NCBI GenBank assembly: GCA_000934665.2
Contig: JYFJ02001146.1
Location: 62,001-89,347 of the forward strand
Length of the DNA: 27,347 bases
Source: Catajapyx aquilonaris
Taxonomy: Eukaryota
Direction: 5' to 3'
The notes below the pieces were generated by a model. The model was given only the letters and a program-made list of their open reading frames with translations. It was not told the origin of the DNA and did no database searches. Of the stretch, positions 1 to 11,200 are shown one piece after another (within the stretch, counting starts at the first letter, position 1; each line of letters begins with the position of its first letter). The position numbers and the translations under genes are program-made.

Positions 1-146
1 CAGGTCACATCATGGCGACCTCCAGTCAGCGCCACGGCGGGATTGAGTAACGGAACGCAAGATGGCGGGGAGTTTCCCGACCTCTCCTTCCAAGACCGTG
101 AGCCAGAGTTACCCAAGGGGTTACCGCGCTACAACGCAGATACGAG
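1..146 (+). CDS. Putative penultimate coding exon (5'-partial) of an unidentified gene convergent with neur
   Basis: Frame 1 is open from base 1 (QVTSWRPPVSATAGLSNGTQDGGEFPDLSFQDREPELPKGLPRYNADT). It ends at a phase-2 donor GAG|GTACTA (147) that joins in frame to the acceptor at 257. Protein not recognised. Confidence 0.55.
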
Positions 147-257
147 GTACTATACGTACTGTACTCTACTGCCATGAAAAAGTTACTGATCCTCACCTAT
201 TTTAAGCACATACTGATCTACCAACACGCTCTTGTCTGTCTTCCTCACTCTCTCTAG

Positions 258-333
258 ATTTCGCAGAATCAAGTCTTGGGACACCACTTCCTCTGCAGCC
301 ATGTACTCAGTACACCATTCTGTCACAGCCTAA
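258..333 (+). CDS. Putative terminal coding exon of the same unidentified gene
   Basis: Preceded by a strong polypyrimidine tract and AG (ctcttgtctgtcttcctcactctctctag) closing a 111-nt intron. Reads (R)FRRIKSWDTTSSAAMYSVHHSVTA* with TAA at 331-333. AATAAA follows at 592. Confidence 0.55.
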
Positions 334-591
334 AGAGGAAAATACCACCTATGTCAGAACTGTCTAACTGTGTAACTGTGTAAGTGTGTAGCCAGATTGA
401 AATGATCAAATTGGGCAAGTACCCCTGACGTGCATGTCATTACTCTTTGGCTCAATCCACAGATAGAACATTGTTTTTCTATCTTTCTTGGTGCTGAAAT
501 CATAGGTTGTAGGTTAATGTGTCAGATGAAAGTGTATTTAGGCCAAGGTTTAAACTTGAAACCATATCTCCTTGGCTAAGACCTTCCCACA

Positions 592-597
592 AATAAA
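592..597 (+). terminator. Candidate poly(A) signal of the + strand gene
   Basis: AATAAA about 260 nt after the TAA at 333. Confidence 0.45.
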
Positions 598-609
598 AAT
601 GGATCATCG

Positions 610-2028
610 AGAAATCACTTTTGAGCACACTTTATTCCAACCAGTCATGTCACTTCAATATCATCAGCCATCGTCGTACATCCAACTACGTGCAAAAAGT
701 GAACAAATGAAACAACGTTGGCTTCCATCTCTCCCCGAGTTAAACAGTTCAAAACACCAACCACACTTCACCAAACTGCACCAAACTGCCACCATCACAA
801 AAGAATAATAATTAAAAAAACAGCCAACCAGACATAACTTACTCCTACTTATGGGATGCAGTAAAAACCTTGAGAAAAACTTGCTCGCACACATACAAAC
901 TATAAGGTATATACACATTTATATTCAATATATTCACTGTATGTGTAAGCAAGTATTTTTTTTGCCAGTTGCTTAATTCTTATTTATCAAAGTGAAGCGA
1001 CTGCATGAACTTTATACAATTGCAGCCTGCCTCTCATGTCAAAAAAAACCTGCACGTAACACCAAACCTAGTTCCCAACTACGCAACACTTATGACCCTC
1101 GTAAAATCCCAACTAAAATGCCTGACTAGAAGGAAGACTCGGCTTGTGTCCAAGGGTCAAAGGTCGAACTTTTCTGTAGAGGGTATGGTTATTTTTTTTC
1201 CTTTTCTTTTTTTACAATAAGCAGTACTGACAGGCGTCTCAATCAAGTGGACAAACTTTTTGGTAAGATGTGACGCCAATATTTTTTTGAGGTAGCTACC
1301 ACCCAAAATTGACGATGTCCAGTCTTGTCAAAAATTGCACCCCTCTGCGCATCATGGTTTTAAAAACTCGCAACACCTAACACACCAAAGTCTGAAGATT
1401 TACACATGACTCACACGTGACATCCAGAGTATCAAAAAAGCTGGTGTATAAAAGACGACATTGGAAGAGGGGAGGGGGAAACTGAGTTGTGTGTGAAACT
1501 CAGGTACAGTCATTCTTTTAAGGGAAGTACAGCATCCTGCCTTCAATAAATTAGGCCTTACTCTAAGCCTCTTTGAAGAAAAGTCATTTTTAACAATTTT
1601 CTTGTGTTGGTTAATGTACAACTGGCTAATATTTCATTATTCATAACTTACTCTTTTTTTATACAGTTAGCCAAATTTAATGATAAGCAGGATGCCATAA
1701 TCATCCCTTCCCTTTTTTGTGCGATTACACTTTTCAGAAAAACCTGAACCCAAGAACCTGAGGAAAGGCAAAAATTCGTCCCAGAAAAGTGTCAACTATT
1801 GCCATCTATGTGCTCCTGCTCAGTAACATGTGAGGCACATACGTATTGCTGATACTTAAAAAAAGGCCCTCCCCTGTCGCATGCCTTTGGGATAACGTGA
1901 AGCACAGTCCCAAAGCTGTCATACTACATGGACTGTCCCCTACCCCTAGAAACTCAGTCCCCTTGGTATGCATTATTTGGACGCGACTAAAACCCCTCGG
2001 CCTGTAGTTAGACGAGGGATGCGCGGCA
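610..2028 (-). other. neur: Probable neur 3' UTR (about 1.4 kb)
   Basis: Lies between the TGA (2029-2031) and the AATAAA (631-636). U-rich tracts on the mRNA strand; carries miRNA seed and Pumilio motifs. The 3' boundary is approximate. Confidence 0.5.
631..636 (-). terminator. Candidate poly(A) signal of neur
   Basis: TTTATT on + reads AATAAA on -, about 1.4 kb downstream of the neur stop. Confidence 0.5.
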
Positions 2029-2253
2029 TCAGGACTTGTATGTTCTGATGACATCCCGGATGAGGGCCCTGCATATGGGGCACTGGCCTCCTCCCTTCCC
2101 ACGCCACTGCTGCACTGCACACGAGTAGCACATGCACATGTGGCCACACATGTACAAGACGGCATCCACAGGGCGCTCATAGCAAATGGAGCACTCATTG
2201 CCCAGACCTTCCCACGACCCAAGTGTTGAGTAGGCAGTAGGGGCCGTCACAGG
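2029..2253 (-). CDS. neur: neur last exon with C3HC4 RING finger (about 2071-2193)
   Basis: Acceptor ttttcag|CCT. Encodes CSICYERPVDAVLYMCGHMCMCYSCAVQQWRGKGGGQCPICRALIRDVIRTYKS*. Confidence 0.96.
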   Translation of the reverse strand, partial: PVTAPTAYSTLGSWEGLGNECSICYERPVDAVLYMCGHMCMCYSCAVQQWRGKGGGQCPICRALIRDVIRTYKS

Positions 2254-5200
2254 CTGAAAAAAGAAACAAGTCTGTCAGTTCAGAATTTTCTGGTGCAAAT
2301 ATTTTTATCCGCATCTACAGCACACATTGGTAAAATACTGACCTCCACATATGTGTGGCTGTAGGTTGAAGCTAGTGTCCCTGACATGTTTGGCAGCAGA
2401 CTGACAGTGAGACCAGGTGTTGGCTCCACTGGTGCTGCAGCAGATGAGGAGGGACGGCCATTGTGGGAGCTACTGCTGCTTCCCAGGAGCAAGAGCAAGG
2501 GTGGAGAGGCTGCTCCAGAGGAGGAGGAAGAGGATGGTTGTGGTTGCTGCTGCTGTGGTTGTGGCTGCTGCTGGGAAGGTGGTGGAAGGCTGACAACCAA
2601 TCCACTGGATAAGGAGGTAGGGCTCCCAGAGGAAGGGATAACATTGGCAGGCGATGAACTGGAGCCTGGGGGAGTTAGGGGAAGGCTCACTTGTAGGCGG
2701 GGAGATTCAGACGCCGATGCAGCACAGGATGCTGCAGCTGTAAAAGACAATGCATTATGGTAAAACTTCATATAAAACAGTGCCTGTTACCTCAGTGACC
2801 TACACTCTGGAGTCATTAGGCAGACTCATCAGGACAACAATAATTCATCAAAAATTACTCAGTCTTTTTTGGTTCATGCTTCAGTTAGAGTACTTATGAG
2901 TTAGTACTTAAGGTGTGAAGTATATTTTATTCAACTTGGAATTTGTTACAGAAATGTTGTCAACAATTTTCTGTCCTTGGAAAAGTCTTATAAATGTGTA
3001 TTCTTGTCTGCTTATCCTTCAATAAGGTCATTCAATAAGTAATCTACATGCATCCACTTGTGAAACCTCTATTTTTGAAAACTCACCAATGCCATGTGCA
3101 ACAGCCGCATTGGCAGAGTTTGAAGCCGCTGCGTCAATGGAGCTTCCAAGAATGCGTATCTTCTGAGTGGTTCCATACAGATCAATGAATCCCCACAGCT
3201 GCAGAGTGTGATCCACATACATGAACACCACTGGTGGACTCCCATTCTTTGAGAACTTCACCTCACCTGTAAAAAAATCATGCCATCAAATACTAGCTGT
3301 TGACAAGCATTACTCTAGTCTAGTGTCACATTCAAAACTTGAAAAACCTCATGCACAATTGATTGGAGAAACAAGGTAGTTATGCTATACAGTCAGAGTG
3401 AATGATATGCTCTCTCTCTCTTGGTTCTAGGTCCCTTACGATATTTTAAAGCAAAATTGTTCTAGTTCATTTTGTCAATTTTGGCTTCATAATGAAGAAA
3501 ATCTTATTTGAAATCCTGTGATGTCACTGCTGGTCAGCTCTGGCTGAAGTGCTTGGCAGGGGGGTAAGGGTAAAAGACGATATCAGGACTATTATACTTG
3601 ATAGATAAGACACATACATTAATTCATATTCTCCATACTGCTCAAGCCAGTGCAGATCAGCACTCACCTCACAGGATTGGATCTTCATCATGGAGCCCAA
3701 TTCAAGAAAATCAACTAGAGAAACCTTGCCTTAAAATATTTCAAGGAAACTAGATCCCAGATTTGCAACACCCTGTATATTGTCAAATGAAAAGGACACT
3801 TCTTATCAGTTCATTCACTTTGGCAGCTAATCGCAAGTGACAGGTATCCCGAGTAAATATTTTTAAAAACACTATCATACCTCAACGAGTCATTCTGCAT
3901 CCTCAAACAAAATAATTTAAACCCCTTGCCACACAACTGACTCTTTGACAATATCTTTTCAAGTTTCACTTGTATCGCCTACACATTTTTACATTTGATA
4001 ATTGAGCCTCTTACCACTGGTGGTGATGGAAAACATGAGCTCATCCCCTCTTTTGGGAGAATTGGCCACATCTTTGGTAACAACCCAGTACTCAGGTCGG
4101 TCCAACAACAGGTCTGCATCATCTGGGAGATCAGCAGGATGGATGGTGCTGGGATTGCAGGAGGTTAGGCCAAAGGCAAGTCCCCCAACATACACGCTGT
4201 CCGTCTTCACTATCTGGATCACTATCTTCTCTCCGAGGCGGATCGGACGGGAGGTGAACACATAACCATTGCAGAACTCATCATCTGGACGCCACGCAAT
4301 TGAGCGGTCATTACTTAGGCGAACATTTCTGCCACGCGTCCTGTAACAAAAACAAAAAGGATTGCTTAGCTACAAGCACTGAAAAATTGTCCTGAAGAGA
4401 ACAGGGAATCATGAAATGTATAATCTACCAAAATAAAAATCTCAGTGACACTTCCGAAAGTCAAAATGTTGCTCTGATGCACACTGAAGGATGACACATA
4501 AGGAACAGCAGGGCATTACATATTAACCTGCCGGAATAAAATAAGCCTGGACACGTTCCTGTTTTATGCCAGTCATTTATAAGTAATGATATCCCCGACA
4601 TGAAGAAAAATCAGTTAACAATGCTTAATTATAATCTAAAAAATATATGATTATCTATTTGAAAGCATTTAAAAGACTGGTGGGACTTCATAAGAAGAAG
4701 AAAAACTCAACTTGTGGCAGTCTGTACTAATAATTCACTTCACTCCACTGTCACTGTTTTGGAGATGATACTTGTAGTGGGGAGAGTGCCTCCCATCACA
4801 TAACTTTCTTAGAGATCCAGATTTTCATTTCACGCAACTATCATGTTTCTTTTAATTTCATTGTTTGAAATGATTATTGATCAGTTAAAAATAACTACCT
4901 GTGAAAAGGAAATGGACCAAGGTGCATTCCTTGGTTGTAACGAATTGGAGGGAGATCGGCAGCTGCAGCAGTATCTTCTGCAGTCCTAGGTTGGAAGCTA
5001 AGTGCAGTCAGTGAAGGCAGGATGAGTTGGTCCACATCTGAAGGAACCTCGGTCAGGCTGCGTCTTGAGTTGTTCAGTTGCTGGCGTGGATCTAGGGAAA
5101 ATGAAAGCAAGTGGTTAGAACATTCTACTTCATTTCTCTAAAATGCAAGCATACCCCATGATATTTACCAGAGGATCAATGTGACCATACGCCTAGGGTT

Positions 5201-8200
5201 AATGTTAATTCAGAAGAAATTATTTGATACTGCATGAACTCATTAATTTTTGTGCAAAAATGTCTGGATTTCAGTGCTTACGAATGTGTAAACAAATATG
5301 GCCATGAAGCCTAAAGAAATGACTGCAATAACTGGCTTATGGTTGTAGGTGAGAATTCATATCCTTAACTTGACCTCTACTCACAAATACAACAAAACCT
5401 GCTTATAAAGGGCTCCTGAAAGCAGCAGAATCTTACCCATTGTGGAGCTTTTGTCTGATTCACATCAAAACAAGTCCAGAAAAAAAGTGTGTGTTTTTTT
5501 TCTGTAATGAAGCAATTGCACTAAAAACAGGTTTAACTATTCTGCATATGTCTGCCTTTTCCATGAAATTCTCCACTTATTTTACAGCCTGAAACATGCC
5601 AACACACACAAGGCAGATGCTAACATGACTGCAGCCAGTATAAGTATTCTGCTTCAAGGTACAATTAATTGTGATGCAACGTCCAGCAACTAATGCGACA
5701 AATACTCTGTTATATTCATTAGCCCTAATGTCAGATGCCATGCTTAATGAGGAGCAGTCCATAAATTTCATAGTGTCATCCCCCTGTTACTGGTGCTGCT
5801 AATGGACAGAGAGCAATTATTATCATATAATGTACAACCAAGTTGCAGGATTGAATACCAATAGCATATAAAACCTTTAACTATATGGTACAGAAGATAT
5901 TTATAAACATTATTATAAATTATAAGAATTATAAATACTATGTAAAATGTAACTACGCACTCAGCTCCTCATTAGCAGCATACATGACACAGATAGGGTG
6001 CTTTTTTGTCCATAACTATTCATCCACTAATTGACATTTTTATATCCACAGCTTAAAACAAGACTTAAGCTACATTGCTACTGATCAAATGAGACACTCA
6101 CCGACAAACTCGATGGCAGTGGAATTTCCGTAGACATCAACAAGTGACCAGATGGGCCCTCTAGTGTCCACCCCACTGAAGAAGATCCCTTTCTCTTCTC
6201 CATTGATTCCAAAGTGGACATCACCAGCTGGGGTCACGTAATAGAAGAGCACTGCATCCCGCTCAGCAAACCTTTCTGCCAGAGCTTTGGCCCAGTAGCC
6301 AGGCTTGTTGGTCAGATCTAGGAAAATAAAACATTTAATTTTCCAGAGTAGGCTACTAACTTCAATATGGTAAATTCACGTTACATAAGTTTAGCATCAA
6401 CTGCCTTATATCAGTTATATTCACTTTCACTAAGCTGCCAGCACTTTAAAACTACCATTGATGTGCTTAACAGGCTTTAAAAAAATCGTTTTCATCATAT
6501 CCTCACTACTTATAGAATTGATGAAAAGCCCCAAGTTATGTGAACCCACTGAACTAAAATGAAGTCACAAAATTCTCCTCACCAGGGCAGGCGTACTTGG
6601 GAAGCCCATTGCGGAGGTTGTTTGGATCGTTGCTGGTGAATCCAAACCGAATCACTCCACTCCAGTTGTTGGACACCTCCACAAATTTTACACAAACCTG
6701 TGAGAAAAACAAGATACGATTACAACAATTCTGACTCATCTGTGCAATAAACACAGCAACTTTCAACCTTAGAAAAAAAACCCACTGGCTGAGAAAGTGT
6801 CTAAATTTAAATTTTGGTTCTGAATCACCCCACCGACATGGGACAGAAAATGTTACTGTGCACGTGTGCCAATTTGGTCAAGATCAAGGTTGACTGAATA
6901 ATGCACACCCTCCACTGTACCTGCCGGCCCACCAATGAAGTGGCCCACAAACTCAAGAAATATCTTTTATTTTTTCATAATAAAATTTCAACACATCATG
7001 AACTTAATTTACACCACCTGGAAAATAATATCTTCCAGATTGCAGCATGTCGTTCCCATCAGTTATTAATTTTCCCCTTGCCATATTACGTTGCCAACAA
7101 TCCGCTGTCATATTGGATCCCAACCGAAGTCAGGTGAACTCAACACATAAGCAGAGCCTAGTTAGGGTTGAAGTGAGAGACAGAGAGAGAGAGGGTGGGT
7201 GGGTAGAGAGAGGGAGAGAGAGGGAGAGAGAGAGAGCATCCGGAATTGATCGGGAACAAGCTCCCCTCTGCTGAATCCGGGTTGGCTGTGTCCGGAGGGC
7301 TCCCCACCCCAATGGCAACCACTCTCCTGTTGCCAGGAGGACGCATTTTTCACAAACCCCCTACATGTTGGATTATTCCGGGGGGGGGGGTTTCTGCAAC
7401 ACCCACACTCAGCATGTTCATCATACGCTGCCAACCCTCCCCCACCCAACGCTACACGAGTTTGGTCTCTCTGCGAATAACTGCACCCATTTTCTCTCTA
7501 CCATCCACAATGCCGCAACGTTCCCCAAATTGCAGCATTGTTGTCCATCCGCACATGTACACATTTTTTCACATGCGCTTTTACAAACATATCCACGTGG
7601 CTACCACCATATATTCTGGTGCTGAGTGAGAAGCCATTTCAAAGGATCAATCTTATCCGGAAGGCCTTTCTTTTCTCCTTCTCCTTAATTCTGCAAAGAT
7701 TAGCTCTTCCTTCCCCCTTCCCCCTCCCCTCCATCCGAGGCAGACAAGAGACATGAAAGGAGGGGGTGTTGGAAGGGGCGGTTGCCATGGCAACAAGGAC
7801 GCCGCCGACGCCTCCGACGCTCGATGAAGCTCGGCGATGAGAGCCCTCCCCAAGTGCTTCTCGACTTGCCCTTGACCTTTAATTTTGCCAGTTTGGGGGA
7901 AATGGCAAATCTTGGGGAAAGACCAATTAATCCGCCCGTTTAATGAGAAAACTCCACAAATTTTGGGGCTCCAAATATTGAAGTGCGTACAGCGGTGTGA
8001 CAGCAGGACACATTAACCGTATATCGCAACGATGTTTAATGTAAGCCTATGCATCAAACATGCTTTTCCAAGAGTCCAAACTCATTGCTTTTTTGTCGGT
8101 TTTCGGTCCACTATTTTGAACTTCTCGTTATCACGAACAGGAGAAAATCTAGGGTTGGAGTTTTAATTGGAGTCTAAAGCCGCTTAAAACTTTTCCCCCC

Positions 8201-11200
8201 TTTTCTTTTGGCTGGGTGGGCGGACGTCACGTCACGCAATTCCCCCAAATTCTTCCAGTAAAAAAATAATTGTTTACCAGACTTCCAATCAACTTGTTTT
8301 TCCAAGACGCCCGGATTAAAAAACAACAACAACAATCATCAGATCCGATGTGGTAAAACTGCGCCTTAATCCAGGTAAAAATTGAAACACTATCCACATG
8401 AATTCTGCCGTGCAATATCTCCCTTTAGAAGTTATCGCCAGACCAATGTTTAACATCCGAACTATTCACACGGCATGCGTGTCAAACCCAACATAATTCG
8501 TACGCCCCGAGCAAATAAGATAATAATATCGGCAAAATCCCGGCCATGTACCCGAATCACGCAGTCCCTTGAACCACATGTGCTGATCCGGAAATTCTTC
8601 CCGAATCACGTGTAACATAAGCCCTCTTCAAATATAACCCGGGCGCGACACGTGGGTTGCATAACGCCCAGGATGAACGTGTTTATTACTCGGGTATGTA
8701 ATAAACAATTTTCTTCAGCATGGCTGGATAAGCACATATGTGTCACTATGAACACACCCTTCCACATAATATGTTCTCGATGGCTCAAAATAAATAAGCT
8801 TTTTGGTGGGGCCGGACTGAAACATTATTTCCTTTTTATCCCACCTTGAAGGGCTTATCTCAACCGTGGTTTGTGATCACTTGACCTTATCTCTGTACGT
8901 TTCATGTGACCAGCCATCTGGTCTACAGGGGGTAAAAGTAGTGATCACTAGACCTCAACCGGGGTTTTTGCCATAGTCACCATTTTTAGACGGTGGCTCA
9001 CCCACCACGTGTATAAGCTTACAAGATCCTCACCTTTTCGTTGATCTTGATTGGCCGGTTGGAGAATGTGATGGCTTTGCAGAAGCTCTCGGCTCGTCTG
9101 GCGACGGCCCCGTCCCTCGAGATCCTGATGTTGTCCCCGTGCACTTGATGGAACAGAACCGGAGGAAGGTTGTTGGTCCCTCCGTTCCCTCCGCTGCCTC
9201 TGGATGCTAAAAAGGAAGACAACAACACGGAAATCGTTAAAACGCACGTGTCATTTACCCTCCTCGCGCGCCAATGGTCACTTCTTCCACAACCCAACGC
9301 CCAAACACAATGAACCTGACCAAAAGGTTTATCACAATATTACTCCAGAAGCGTGAAGCTCTGATTAACGCATAGTACTGGCCACTGTTTTGTCTCTGAC
9401 ATTTACTGTCTGTCGCAAAAAGTTTCGGCCAAACAGTGGTCGAGTACGCATGGTTGCATTGCGCCAGGATATGGCCGTACCATTTTTCTTTGCATGTAGT
9501 GTTATGGCGGGTTATCCATACATTTTCCAAATATAAAAGTGGCCCCCACGGAAATACGTAAACACAATGCGTGACCTCCGTTATACCGCACGCGCAATCC
9601 TCCCCAGTCCCCACACCAAACGGCCTTCTACCATCCCCCACCCAGCTGTATACCATAGCAATTTAATAGTGTTCCCATGTTGTGCTAGTAGCATGATACA
9701 TATGCATCTGCCGACAAAAGAGAAAAATAAACGGCCGGAAAGTACCATGCACTATTTCGGCATATCCGGATCCCAGGATCTGGCCATCTCCCTTACTTTA
9801 CGATCTGTACACAGCACATGCGGCACATTGATATTCCGAAAACACAAGTCAGAAGTACAACCGACATCCTGCTTGAGACAGACGTCTTCCAAGTGGCCGA
9901 ACGTGCCTAGGGCTCCCATTTCATTCATGATGCCATCCAATACGAGGACGCCCACCAAAATATTATTTAATTGCGCGCAGTGCTGCAAGGTCCAGTGCTC
10001 GCAAGAAATGATGACGGGATGGGGGGTTATGGTATATGGGTGGATGGGGCTTGGGGGAGGGGGGGAGGGGAGTGTAGGATTCACTTCCCGTCGCCTACTT
10101 CCTGCCCAAAGGCGGATGAAGCCCCCTGATTCAATCTAAGCCGGGATGGTTCAGGAGGGCTTATCCCTTTGTATCCGCTCTTCTAAAGGGGAAGCCTCCA
10201 CCTTCAACCGGACTCTTACCGTTACGCATCCACGCAGGGTGACAAACATTTGCATACGGGTTACGCAACCCATATTGGACTCTTCCTTTCTTATTCCGGC
10301 CACATCAATCAGTGACCCCCCCAGGAAATGAGTCCCCGATAGCATGTGGCCATTTCCCATCTAATCCCATATGCATTGCCAGGTCTTTACCTTCCCCCTT
10401 TCCCCCGCGGCTTGTTTGGCAGGCCCTTCCCCTTTACTGTCAGTGCCAGGTGATTTCATTCTAATGCGGGACAAAGGCCTTTGAAGACACACACATGTCC
10501 ATCCCCCCCCCCCCTAAAAAGCTTTTCCAGCTGCCCAATTCCACCCAAACCCCACAGAGAGAGGGGGAGGTTGGCCCCCTGGATGCTAAGTAGGGGGTTT
10601 CCTACCACACTATACCAGGCACAGGCTACCATATGTGCACTCATGTGCGCCGACCCCACACAAAGATGCGGTATGTAATTTCGGGAACGTGGACCAAGGG
10701 GGGGCTGGAGCCTAGGAATTCACAACTGCAACGCTAATCCTATATCAAATATCATGTGATACGCCCCCTTTTAAATCCCTATCCGACTTGAAGGTCGGCT
10801 GAAAAGAAAACGGCTGGCATTGCGACAGACTTATTTAATTAGATTGTGGTGCCATATCGATTGTGGACTGGCTGCAATACTGCAGATGATGAGGCGCCAA
10901 CACTGCAGGAAAACCTCCTGCCAACACCGGTCGTTAAAAAGACAACTATGCATCCTACGTGCCAACTTGCCACTAATAGCAGTTTTAAAGACAGGTAGCA
11001 CAAAGGGCACGAAAAAAAAAACTCCGATTGCATTAAAATGTTTTGCCATAATTCCAGTGTTGAAATGTAGCCTGCTCTCCTTTTCCACCACTCCGTACCA
11101 GTTTCCTCACCATGCATTGACCACATTGCGCCCAATTATGCTGGGCTGGCACCGGACATTCCAAAGGCGTCACGTTGTCCAATGAGGACGGACATTGCGC

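Noticed and set aside
2096..2216. Two TTCCCACG Su(H)-consensus matches in the RING exon, plus TGTGAGAA at 6699 and TTCCCACA at 584
   Set aside because: Explained by coding or splice-acceptor constraints or isolated, with no clustering evidence.
1806..2222. 138-aa alternative-frame ORF extending past the neur stop (frameshift or read-through idea)
   Set aside because: The RING frame ends normally with YKS*, there is no slippery site or TGA-CTA read-through context, and the peptide is unrecognisable.
2386..2763. 125-aa + strand ORF with a Cys-rich GCGCCCCGCGCCW motif (metallothionein-like look)
   Set aside because: It is the antisense reading of the CAG/CAA/CCA-rich neur linker exon and has no independent gene signals.
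9567..10139. 190-aa + strand ORF inside a neur intron, and the many other 60-135-aa ORFs between 7 and 23 kb
   Set aside because: No recognisable domain, non-ATG or weak starts, and overlapping ORFs on both strands as expected for GC-rich non-coding DNA.
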